From positions 159,409,741 through 159,473,740 of the forward strand of contig CM041465.1 of assembly GCA_023213395.1 (NCBI GenBank): 64,000 bases of DNA, given 5' to 3'. Source of the DNA: Cycas panzhihuaensis (taxonomy: Eukaryota > Plantae > Cycadophyta). The notes under the pieces were generated by a model that was not told the DNA's origin, searched no databases, and was given only the letters and a program-made list of their open reading frames with translations. Numbering within the stretch: the first letter of the stretch is position 1; every line of letters starts with the position of its first letter. A program made the translations under genes and the position numbers. This document shows, one piece after another, positions 13,625-25,817 of the stretch.

Positions 13625-14795
13625 TTGCGTTGCGATCGTGGGAGGCTGCCCAAAAGACTAGAATTTTTTTTTTCTTTCCCTATCAGATTGAGTACTCTCT
13701 CTACCCTACTAAAGATCGAAGAAGGACCTTCACTTAGTACTCTCTCCACGGAGATTGAGGAACAAGATCGATGTCGGGCCTAAGAGTTGGGAGAAAGAGG
13801 AAATTCTTTTCCCAGGTAACTCTAGTACTTTATCCCTTGTCTTTCATCTTGTTTTAATTTCATTCATATTTTTTGATTCTGGTATTGAATCATATCTAAA
13901 GGGTAGATAACATCACTTGGGGGCTACTTTTTTCTCCCTCCCACCTCCTTTCCTGGGTAGATAACACTGCTGGGCAGCTACCTAAGTAGTTAGATAGAGA
14001 CCCTATACCGGGGGTCTTTAAATATCACAAGGATTTATCGTTCTGGCTAAGCGCATAGTGGCCCTCCTGCACTTTGCGTGAAGGATTGGAGTATCACTCC
14101 TAAGCCAAGCCCTAGATAGAACCTGGCTACGGAAGTGCACCTCCATGTACCTTCAGGTATATAGGAGAACCCCACCTTCAGGTCCCAATCCTTTTCTAAC
14201 ATAGGCAACTATTGATCGCTGAAGTCTTGTAGTGTAATGGTTAGTGGGTAGCGCCACAAAGCTACCTACCCCGAACTTCTACAGTTTATTGGCAGGCCTA
14301 TAAGACTAAGCACACCTTGTCTAGTAGTTGGTAGGATACTTTGGTTAAGACTGTAAGCCACCTCATAATTTGAAAAAAAAAAAAAAGAAAGAAAAAAAAA
14401 TCCACTTAATTTAGTGAGAAAATTTACCCTTACAGGTATATACCTCATTTTGATTAGCACATCATACTGGTCAATTTGCACTAGGTTGGTATATACTATA
14501 AATTTTCACAAATTTTAGTACCTAGTCACCAGTGGGTCCCACCATCCCCCCCCCCCCTCTACACTTCACATACCCCAGTTGAACAAGCTTTCACACTGTT
14601 GAAAGAACTTGATATCTTCTTTATGTAACTTTCATTGGGGCCAACAGGCTATAGACACCCCATAATCTCCCTATTCACCCCCCTCTCTTTTCCTTAACAA
14701 CCCCCTTTTTCTTACATCCCTCTCTTTCTTGATCTTTCCCACTTCATTCATTCCCCTTCTTTCTACTTATTCCTACCTCTTTACGCCCTTTCTCC

Positions 14796-17700
14796 ATGGC
14801 TCCTCAAAGCAACAGTGACAAAATCTCAGGACTCAAGACCGAAGTCAACAAAATTAATGATAAAATAGAGGATCTTAGCCATATACGTGAGGAGGTTAAA
14901 AATAAAGTAGCTACTATGCGCGTAGAATTTAGCTCAAAATTGCAAAACCTAGCATCTCATGATGATGTCCAAGATGTAATTAAGAGGTTGAACAACTTCT
15001 CTCCTCCACCACCAGTCGACCCCACATAGCAACAAATCATGCCTCTGCCTCCACGTTAGCAGCAACCATTCCATCATAAGATCAACATACTCATATTTGA
15101 TCTAGATCTCAATAGGGATAGTGCACGAAGTTGAATTAGTAAACTAGAGTCTTACTTTACACTCAACCTAATGTCAGTAAATGAGCAACTTACATTTGCT
15201 TCTATTCACTTAGATGGGAAGGCACATCATTGGTTTTGATGGTGGAAATGAGAGTACCCCTCCAACTAGTCTTGGGCATACTTCTCTACCTATTTTTCTG
15301 AGTAGTATGAAGACACTTAGAGTCAATCGTTTTTTACACAACTAACACGTTTGAAGCAAGTATCCTCTATCAAAGTTTACAGTAACAAGTTCCAATCTTT
15401 ACGTAATTGAGTTAATCAATAACTTGATAAATAGGCAGAGATAGATATGTACATGTCTAGACTTAAAGAATGTATCCAAATGCACTTGAAGATAGTCTCC
15501 CTATCCACTCTAAAGGATGCAATTAATATGGCTAAAGTAGTAGAAGCAGAATTTGCTGCAGAAAGATGTCCTCCATTCAGACAAGACTCCACATGGTTTT
15601 CACGATCCCAACAAGCTAATATGGCCTGGTCCGAGAGACCACGATCACACCCATGACCAGAGGACACCCTAACTACATCTCTCGAGTAGCGCACTGAGGA
15701 ATCATCATCAAAATCCATCCACATCACTCCTGTAGAGGCACAACGTCATCGATAAGCTGGACTATGTATGTAATGTTCTGAAAAATGGACCACTGGTCAT
15801 AGTAGAATCTGCAAAGCTAGGAAGATGGTCTTCACAATTAACCTATACTTACCCTCAAATGATGACTCTAAGACTGAGCATGAATATGATGATAAACCCT
15901 AAGACCACCCTACTGCTGAGTTACCCCCAAACCCTGAGCCTAAAGTTTCCTTATCCACAGTTACCTCCATTGCATGTCTTGAACCACTTTGAGTCAAAGG
16001 AATACTTAGGAAAACCCCAATTACCATTTTGATCGATGGTGGCACATCGCTAAATTTCATCGACATCTCCATTGCCCACTAATTAAATCTTTACATAGAA
16101 CCTAAAACTGGCTTCACTTGCTCCTTACCTGGTCATCACACACTCCATTATGTGGGAACAATAAAAAACCTCATGGTCCACATTGGCTCATATACCCTTA
16201 TCTCTGATTTTTATGCCCTGTCCATAGGTGGGTCAGATGCAATTCTTGGAGTACAATGGCTCCAGACTCTAGGAACTTATAGCACCAATAACTCACCCAC
16301 GACCCCCTTCATTATGTTCAAAGATCACATGGGCCGCTCTTATAAACTTTATGGGATGCAAGCCCCCCCAAACAAAGTAATCTCACCCTTATGAATGTGC
16401 CGCCAACTCAACGGTAACATTGGATACATCGTTCGTCTTAACCATATCCAAATTTCTGTATCCACCCCGATATGCGCAAGTATTAGATCGATACCAATCA
16501 GATTTGCTCACACCGCTAGCCCCCCACCTGATCGAGGCTTTTACCATACTATTGAGTTATAAAGTTCACATGACCCAATAAGCCTTCAATTATATAGAAA
16601 TTCCTATTTCCAAAAAAATGAAATCAAAAAAATCATAGGGGAATTATTGGACATGAGTATCATCCAACCTAGTAAAAGCTTGTATGAGGCACCCATCGTC
16701 TTAGTTCGCAAGAAGGATGGCTCTTTCTGACTTTGTGTTGACTATCATGCACTCAATAAAATCACCATAAAAAATAAGTTTCCCATACCATGAATCGATG
16801 ACATATTAGATGAAATCCATGGCACTGCAATTTTTACCAAGCTTGATTTACAGTCAGGATACTACCAAATCTCCATCTTGCCAGAGGATCAACATAAAAC
16901 ATCTTTCTGAACCCACCATGGCCACTTTGAGTTCCAGGTCATGCCCTTTAGCCTATGTAATGCTCTGACCACCTTTCAGGCCCTCATAAACAAGATCTTT
17001 TCCCTATACTTACGAAAATTTTTCATCGTCTTCTTTGATAATATTCTTATCTATAGCTCAAACATGCCATCCCACATCCCACATCTAGAAATAATCCTTC
17101 AAATCCTAGCTGAGAATAAACTGTATGTTAAGCTCTCCAAATATGAATTTGGGAAATTTGAATTATAATACCTTGGGCATATTATATCCTTTACAGGGGT
17201 TTAGGTGGATCCTGATAAAATATCTATCATCACTAATTGGCCAATCCCAAAAACCTTGACCCAATTGCGGGTTTTCCTAGGACTTACTGGATTCTATCAT
17301 CTGTTCGTTCGAAATTATGCCACCCTAACCACTCCCTTAACCCACTTACTTTGGAAGGATTCCTTCTAGTGGTCCCCCTAAGCTAATAAGGCCTTTCTCC
17401 ATTTAAAGGAGGTCATGGCAACCACCCTAATCTTGGCCTTCCCTGACTTTTCTTAGCCCTTCAAATTAGAATGCGATGCCTTTGGGTTTGGATTGGGTGT
17501 GGTCTTAATGCAAGACTTCCACCCCATTGCCTTCGAAAGTTGGAAACTCAAAGATCATGAGTGTAGACTTTCTACCTATCAAAAAGAAATGTGGGCCATC
17601 CTCCATGCTATTGACAAGTGGTGACAGTATCTACTTGGTTCTGAATTCACTATCCTCACTGATCATCATAGCCTTTTCCATTTACTAGATCAACCAGTCC

Positions 17701-18425
17701 TCTCAGAAGAGTAGGCGAAATGGGTTAACCGCCTCCAAGTTTTTGATTTTACATTCACATATAAAAAGGGGAAAGATAACATTATGGTAGATGCTCTCTC
17801 GAGGTTGCCTTCACCTACACTTGGCGATAACACTGGTCATACTAAGGACCCTACCATTTATGCCATTTCCTCCCCACAACTGACATGGATATAGGATTTA
17901 TCCATGGCTAACTAAAACCAACATGATTTTGCGCATTGGGCAAATAAGGTCCACACTCATAAGGATTGATCCATCTATAATAATCTTCTCTTATACCAAA
18001 TTCGTATATTCATACATCCCCTCTCAGCTTTTATCCCGCAGATTTTATCAGAATATCATTCTTCCCCTTTTGGCAGCCACTCTGGTTTTGATAAAACTTA
18101 CCGTAGGATTCGTTCTAACTTCTTTTGGCCAGAAATGAAATCCACCATCCTTATCTTTGTCTCAAAATGTGATACATGCCAATATAACAAAGCTGATATA
18201 AAACCCCAACTGGGCCTCCTTCAACCATTGCACATCCCACAAGGTAAATGGCAAGATATTGCTATGGACTTTATAACGGGCCTACCACCATCTGCTGGAT
18301 CTGACTCCATTTTAGTAGTCATAGCTTGGTTGACAAAATATGCCCGCTTCTTGCCCATCCACACAACCTATAAAACCCCACGCATCGTTGACATCTACAT
18401 CCATATAATATTTCATTTGCACAGT
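14796..18425 (+). pseudogene. gag-pol: Chromovirus gag-pol, 5' part (Gag, protease, RT, RNase H, integrase N-terminal part)
   Basis: MAPQSNSDK start; ILIDGGTSLNFI and DAILGVQWL (PR); [37 protein letters not shown] (RT); LECDAFG (RH); GLLQPL...WQDIAMDFITGLP (INT). Confidence 0.93.
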
Positions 18426-20904
18426 TGAAACGCTCTCCGCGGGGCAATGATCCAACGCCTAGCGGGAAGGGCATAAAACAATATGCTAAGCAGGCTAAAT
18501 AGCGAGGATCATACCTCACAGGACGTCCATGCGCCGGAGCGCTGCACGGATCGAAGGTGCCTGGTTGCTTCCAGGTAGCCGTGCAAGCGAGGCCTTCCTA
18601 CCCTTCGGATGGCCGGGAAGGGAAAAGAATCCTCGCGCGTCGCTACTTCTCAAGGCAATGAGAAGGCAACGAGGGGGCAACCAACCAAAGTGTAAAGAAT
18701 ACGGGGTAAAATGCGGTTAGGGGATACAACGCAAACAAGTCTTCTATTCCTATGTTATGCAATGTAGCAAAGTAATACGAGAAAGCAAATGCACAATAAA
18801 AGGTTATTTTCTTCTTTCCTTTATGTTCCTTTATCTATAACAGGAAATGCAAAGAAGCAGAAAAGCATAAAGAAAATATGAAAGGCATGCGAAGAATACC
18901 TGGATCCGCTCGAGCGGGCGCGGATGTCCCTCCTTGGTTGCGCTCCTTTCCTCCTCCCGCGCATGCAACGCCGATCGAAGACAACGAAGGGGTGCACTTA
19001 CCTCCCAAAAGCATGCAAGGACTAAATGAAATGAAGGGAACAAGCAAAGCTCAACCAAAAAGGAGAAGAAATACCATATGGGGCCGACCCAAGAACGGGT
19101 CGATCTCGCAATGCTTCCTCCAATGCAATCCCGCAAATAATCCCAACAAACGCCTTCCTCTCGAGAGAGGCTACCAAACCGACGAGATATATATGTATAT
19201 ACCGAAAATGAAATCAACTAAGCTAGAAAATGTAGTTAAGCACCAACATGTAACGAAAATGAAACAAGGCCGCACGATAAATATGCAGACTGTCGTACAC
19301 CATAAAGCACCGAATGGGATTGAGTGTAGCCCTGGATGGCTAACTCACCCACGAGAGGTCTCCACAGGGTATAGGGAAAACAGTGCTAGCATGCGACAAG
19401 ATGAGTCATGTAGTAACAAATTTCCTACACCAAGAGGGAAACTCAACCCATCCTCCAAGGCTTCCCTAGTCTGCTTTCCTAAGAAAGCACGGGTGCTAAA
19501 GGGGGAGAGGATAAGGGACGGAACCCTTGGGGAGAAGGACGGCAATGGGGGACGGAACCCCGCCTATCTCCCTCAAATCCTCGTGAAAACCCTTTATGCC
19601 GGCTAGCTTAGGAAATGGCGAAGGAGGAAGCTAAGAGGAAGAGGATGGGTTTCAAGGAAATACAGGAAAAATGTGCCTAACCTAGGGCAGCACTCTAGTA
19701 AGCCACAACTACTAAGATTACTTGCATCAAATGGCCAAGAGAAACCCAAAGGAAGTGCATGCAAAAGGGGGGAAAGAATTTGCAAGCAAAATAATGAAGA
19801 AAACAAGCAAAAAAGCACCAACAAGAGACAATAAATACCTTGAATAGAGACAAATAAGTGCATGTAGGTGCTTGGCCACTTAGAAGAGCAGCCCAAGCAA
19901 TGTCTAAGAGGTGGTGTTGAATGTCCTTTGCAAGAGAGTAGAAGAGTAGAGCTTCATGCAAGTTGAGAGCTTGAAGATGGGTCTTTGAAGTGGTCTTTGG
20001 TGAAGAAAACCTCTTGAAGCTTTGGTTATTTGTGGAGAGGAGTGGTGCTTGCAATGGAGCTCTGTGAGGGGGCGAATGGCCTGTAACCCACCGGTAATGG
20101 CCCACTTCACCTCTGTCCCCACCTTTGTAGAAGAAAATCTCTTGTTCACATTTCTTTGCCTTGTCTCTTTGTGGAGAAGTTGCTCTAGAAAAACTTGAAA
20201 AATGAAGTGAAGAATTATCATAATGAGTGAGAAAAGGCTTTTATGCCTTGGGCATAAGAAGTGAACGTTGGGGGCCTTGGGCGCCCAACCATTCGTGAGC
20301 CACGCAGCCTCCGAAAAACGCGCCATCGTCGCGTGGTTTCTTTTTTTCAAATTTTAAGCGATGCACCACGGCAAACTTCGCAGATCAACAGAAAATCCGC
20401 TGCATCGCTTAGTTTACCAGATCACCAAACTCAAAAAAGAAGAAAATGCAACATGAAAGTCATAAAAATCATCTTTTAAGGTAAGAACAGGGCTAAGCCT
20501 CGAAATACATCAATCGGGAAGGCCCGTGCAAAGGCAAGTACTCAAAATGGTGTAAAGAGCCCTAACTAAGGGTTAAACCAGCTTAGGAAGGGTTTGCAAC
20601 ATAAGTGGCACGTGGTAACATGAATAAACAAGCCGCAAAAGCATCCCGAAGACCATGGAGACATCGTGAGTGGTCAGACGCCATACGGGGTGTCGATCCG
20701 CTTATGGATGCCCTCACCGTGAGTCGTCATAGGCTAAGAGGTGCCGTTAGGCACATGCATTATGAACAGCAAACGAGCACGCGTGCGGGCACATGTCAAT
20801 CAAACTATTCTAAATTCCTTAGCAAACATAAGTAAGAAAAGTAAGAACATATACCGCACAAACCGTGTCGATGCGTCCCGAGTCCATTCCCACTCACTGG
20901 AACA
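18426..20904 (-). repeat. 3' LTR of the young element
   Basis: Near-identical to 25818-28310; differences are largely small indels. Confidence 0.93.
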
Positions 20905-21665
20905 TCGCCTCGCGCAGAGCCTCACCGCTTGCTAAGCGTAATGTGATGGCGAATCGACAATCAAGAAACACGAGTAGCACATGCATATATATATATAAGA
21001 GCAATCAAGAGCAAAGACGTGATCCAAGGGCGAGGCAAATGTCGGGCGGAACGCGTGGATAAGGGAGACAGAGACGAGGACAACGTAGGGGTCGCCACGG
21101 CTGCCTGTGCACCGACCACCGAAATCAAGTGAGCAATACACGGATGCCCCCGTTGCCAAGGTGCAACGTGAAGTAAGAGGGCATCCAACAAAGTGAGCAA
21201 GCATATCTAACTGACAGCAACCAGAGACTTGGGCACGGGCTGGCCAGACAAGCCTCCACATGAAATGGTGTGTATCATGTATGATAGAGGTAGCATGTAT
21301 GATTTATTTTGTAAATGAATGATTTTTGTATGTTGTAAATGTACATATGTTGTAGATACTTGTTGTAAATATTTTGTTGTAATATGCATGTGTTTCCTTC
21401 CATGTATGGCCATACGTCTAACAGGAGCACACACAACCACCGTAAGCAGAGGTGATCGAGAGGTGTGAGGTTAGAAGATAGGCGACATGCACGCCGTCCA
21501 CGTGGGAGCATAGTGGAATATGCACGAAGGAAACCACAAGCACGGAGGGGAGTAACGATACTCCCTAGCCGCCCCAGCCGGAGGATGCCCAAGTAGGAGG
21601 ACAAAGGTTCCCAAGAGCATACGGAACGCGGTTCCGGGAGGAACCGTAAACAAAACCAAGAGAAA

Positions 21666-22000
21666 TCCACCTCAACCGCCATCCCACCCGCAGTTGGGGA
21701 GAATGGAGACAGTTCAAAATGGTAGTTTAAGCTCGTTTCGGAGCAAGGATCCATCTTAAATTGCCATTCAACCCATGGTTGGGAAGAATGAGAACAATTT
21801 GAGATGGTAGTTTAGGCTCGTTTCGGAGCAAGGATCCATCTTAAATTGCCATTCAACCCATGGTTGGGAGGAATGGGAACAATTTAAAATGGTAGTTTAG
21901 GCTCGTTTCGGAGCAAGGATCCATCTTAAATTGCCATTCAACCCATGGTTGGGAAGAATGAGAACAATTTGAGATGGTAGTTTAGGCTCGTTTCGGAGCA
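21666..22000. repeat. Tandem array of about 4 x 85 bp in the 3' region of the young element
   Basis: GGTAGTTTA(A/G)GCTCGTTTCGGAGCA recurs at 21721, 21806, 21891 and 21976. Confidence 0.95.
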
Positions 22001-25000
22001 CGAGGAGAGGAAGAGGTGTGCCTAGACCCCATAAAGGTAGGGGTAGTCACACGCAGGGTAGGAGATAGGTGACGAAGAGTAGGGCCAGTATCGCTAAGCC
22101 TACTAGTAAACTTACTATGGTCGGAACCAGATGAGCGCAACGGACCTGGCACATGACGGATCGCGTGGCAAGGTTGCATACGAGTAAGAGTGGCTTTAGT
22201 CCGAGGTAAGGATCTAGAGCGTGAAGAAGAAGTGCCTCACGAGTGGCTCACGACGTGGGCGCCTACGTGAAACCGCCCGGGGAGGTCGAGAAGGTAAAAT
22301 AAATGGCTGGTTTAGGACCAGTGGCTCGGGAGCCATCAGAATGAGGAAGAGCGAGAATATCCGATCGAGATATTCCCTAAGTGCTCGCGAAACCGTGGTG
22401 ACACGTCGAGGAGAGGGACCATAACCCTCGCTATCCCAATCGTAATCACCCATGGCGCTAAGTAACCGTAACCACCTACGCTAATAGGGCAAACCTAACC
22501 AGTTTGGCTCATGACATGGCATAGGGCTCGATCGATGAAGGTCGATCTCCTCAAACAAAGGTCCCACGTAGGAGTAACCTCCTCGGGATCGCTATCTTCA
22601 TCATCGAAAACCTGGCAGTGGATGGGAGGTGTGAGACTAAGATAGGTTCACTAAGCGATAACTTTAACTTGTCCTTCATGGACAAATTTAAGTTGCCCCA
22701 TTGCGTGGAGCAGATCGCTCCCATCCGGGTCGAGCCATGGTCGGCCCAACAAGAGGTTGTACTCACATCGACATCGAGTACAAAGAACTTCGATGAAGCA
22801 GTTTTCCTCCTAAGGTGAGGGAAAGGGAGATCTGTCCCCAAAGGGGACTTCTGGGCCCCATCATACCCTTGGCATTTCCAAGGATGACTCAAGAGCTACT
22901 ATGCCTAGCTCCTTGAGCATACGCAGTATAAGATTAACCGAGGAGCCATTATCTACAATGGTCCTCTTTACGATACAATCAGAGTGTCAATGGTAATGAC
23001 GAATCTGCATGCAAAAGCTTCTCCCGCTTGGGAGATGGGAGATCTCGGGATCAAATGAGATGACAGTGGCCCATGGGAGGTAGCACCTATCGCATGGATG
23101 GAAGCGCCTTGTTGGCCAAGAGCTTCAAGAAGAAGAGCACGTTGCTCGTGGCGCCTTCTCAAGACGTCCATCAAGGACATTCCCACAAATACCAGATAGA
23201 GCTCAACGATAGAAAAGGGTTTACCCTTCCCTGTGGGTTGGGTAAGCGCCCTTCAAAAATCGTAACGACCAGGGCGTACAGGAATAGTCTTGGGAAGCGC
23301 AGGAATCTCCGGAGGAACGGCTTCCGGAAGAGGATCAAGGTAAGATGTGGATGAAGAGGTACCAGCTGCCTCTTTAGCAGCTTGAGACCCAAGTTAAGGC
23401 ATATAACTGAGTGGTCTCAAGTAATTGGACAACCTTCTTTCCTCAGAAGGACCGCCAAGGTGATGGAGCACGGCGGCCGTGGGAGCGCGAAGGGGAAGGT
23501 GACCTTCGAACACCCTTCCCTCTACCATGCGGCGGGCGAGGATCGGAGATCTATCCCGATTCCGATCGCTCCTTCGGACATCACGACCGCGCTCCCCATG
23601 TTTGGGGAACGGTCTCTATGAACAGCCGATCGAGGTTAGGTCTCGATGCTCGCCTGGGGACGAATCACGCGCGACGCGCCGCGTGTGCCGTGCCCGCAAC
23701 GCAAATCGTCGTGGAAACACTCCCCGTGGATGGAACACCAACTCTTCTCAAGGGGAGGGTCGGTCCTCCTTGCTTGAGAAGATCGGTGTTACCCCTTTGG
23801 GGCATCGCACGAGAAGTCTGGCCGGAAGTTTATGGGAGGTTGGTGACGAAGGAGGTTGGAGTTGTAACTCCTTCATCGCTTTCGAATGAGCGAATAATGA
23901 GGTGAGGGGGTCTAGGGTCCTCTCAGTCGGATGAGAGGTGGACCTAGCGGGCGGTGAAGGTTTGGTTTCCTTCGCTAGAAGAGGCGCCTCGCGATGTTGT
24001 GAGGGCTTAGGAGGTTTCTTGAGACCCACTTGGATCTCAATGGCCTCCAACGCCAAGCACCTCGAAATCGCGGAGTCACACGTGGTTGCCCCCATCTTGA
24101 GGACCTCCACGTGTACCTCAGGACGGCGTATCGACGAAGAGATCCCTCTTCAACTCCTCAGGCAAGGTGGCCTTGGTGGAATGAAGAAGGTCGTGAAAAC
24201 GTCGCACAAAGTCACGATTCATCTCATCGTGACCTTGTTTGAGCGACAAGCGCCTTCATTCCGCTTTCGAATGGACGCTACGCCAAAGTAGTTGACGAAC
24301 TCGCCCACTAGTCACTGGAATGAGGAGATCGAATGGGCGGTGAAGGCGAGAACCACTTGAGGGCGCCGCCCGCAAGGACCGCGGAAGAGCTTCATCAAGA
24401 TATGGTCGTAGGCCCAATAGTCGATGCACGCCATGGAAAAGTCACAAGACATGTTGGGTCTGTTCATGACGAAGTCCCGTCAAATTTGGGGACTTCAGGA
24501 GGATGAGGCGGCAAGTTAGTCCTCAACGCCTCAACAGATAAGGGCGTCGACCTATAGTCCACGAAAGGACGTGTCCTTGCCTGGGCTAAGGGATCGACAA
24601 CCGACAAAGGAACGGATGGGGGTGTCGGTCCCATCCCTCCTTGAGGAAACACCCCTTGTGGGAAGGGGGTCTGCGGGTAGATGTTCTGGAAAGGAGGCGC
24701 TCCTCAGGCCGACGCAGCAGCAGGAGTCGCTACCGGACGCCGAAACAGAGGGTGAGGGACCGGTTTTGCCCATATGGGCCACCCGTAGGTGGCGCGACCC
24801 CATATGGGTGCAACGTCCACTCCATGTATGTGGAGATGGTTTCCTTGCCCCGCCTCAAGGTTGTGACGTGTAGCCCGGGGCACGAAAGAGAAGGACCACC
24901 AACCGGGTTCGGACGATGTAGGAGTGGGTCCTACATGGCTAGCGGCGGCGGCGCTAGTAGGGCCTCGAGGCCTACTAGGGAACGCGCGGCGCCACGCTCG

Positions 25001-25650
25001 CAAGTGGCACGGCGCTTGGTTTGAGCAAGGCATACTAACCCCGAGTTGGGGAACGGACACGCCGCGAAGTGTCCCAAGGAGTGGGACCACGACTAGGCAG
25101 CGCAACACTCGCCTTAGAGTCGTGGTAGACACCAGATGGGACGTGTGCGCGGTGGAAGCATCAATCGTCAGATGACGTGGGCATGGATGAGGAAGACGCC
25201 ACGCTGCGTAGCATTTCCGTAAACCATCTAGGAGGTGGTTGGCGGCGAATCGAAAGTACTGCCGAAAGCACCTCGACCGCCGGGCGGAGGGGTATCCTCA
25301 TAGCCATACGAGGTCGAAGGGACTTCGAAGTAGGGGATCCTCAGGCGCCTCGTAAGGCTCGCCAGCTGAGGTGGCGTGTCTCACGAGTGGCCGGATCTTC
25401 CACGCGTGAGCCAAGGCTCAAAGTCTTCTGGTGGAAATGGTCATCTGGTAATAGATGGAATCCTCGCCTCACCGTGGATTCCAGATGGACGAAGGGAACT
25501 CTTGAGTTCCTCAAGTCATGGCATGGTAGGCCCAATCGGACGGTAACCTTCCATTGCCGAATCGGGTTCGACGATGGAATGAAACGCGACGATTGGTCTT
25601 CTAACAATGGCGCAAACCCCGCAAGCGACGAGAACGCCGCATGCAACGCC
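22000..25650 (-). pseudogene. gag: gag-protease polyprotein with C-terminal extension (frameshifts possibly assembly errors)
   Basis: RRSRRL..APLLED start, PPEVPKFDG and EVLKMGATT..AISRCLALE (Gag), MSLMDVL..EQRALLLEALG, protease IVDNGSSVNLI ... YNLLLGRPWL ... LKFVHEG at about 22670-22970, homologous to the outer-element protease. Confidence 0.85.
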
Positions 25651-25799
25651 CGCGAGCGTTGTTAGAAAAAGCGAAAAGGAAAAGAAAGGAAAGATCGCAA
25701 ACACGCTTGGGGTTGCCCAACTCAAAACACAGAATGCGAAATTACCTAAAGGCAAGAGCACCAACACGAAGGGGAAGCGGATCTAGCTCCCTTATCGGC

Positions 25800-25817
25800 A
25801 GCCCCAAGATGGTCGCC
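25800..25817 (-). promoter_or_regulatory. tRNA-Arg-type PBS
   Basis: GGCGACCATCTTGGGGCT immediately inside the 5' LTR. Confidence 0.85.

Noticed and set aside
14221-14285. Functional tRNA gene
   Set aside because: A-box-like and anticodon-like arms only, no T-arm or B-box; kept only as a structural hint.
18878-19606. Longest ORF in the track (242 aa) and neighbouring LTR ORFs
   Set aside because: Lies in the LTR, is broken in the other LTR copy and has no recognisable motifs; repeat occurrence reflects LTR duplication only.
21666-22000. CRISPR-like appearance of regular repeats
   Set aside because: Whole units repeat with no unique spacers, no cas genes, and a eukaryotic retroelement context.
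22047-22220. Hydrophobic stretch IVSLLVGLAILALLFVTYLL suggesting an env-like gene
   Set aside because: That frame is not hydrophobic-conserved in the homologous copies near 38800 and 45900; the region appears to be the tail of gag-PR.
23073-25665. Many overlapping plus-strand ORFs
   Set aside because: GC-rich shadow ORFs antisense to gag.
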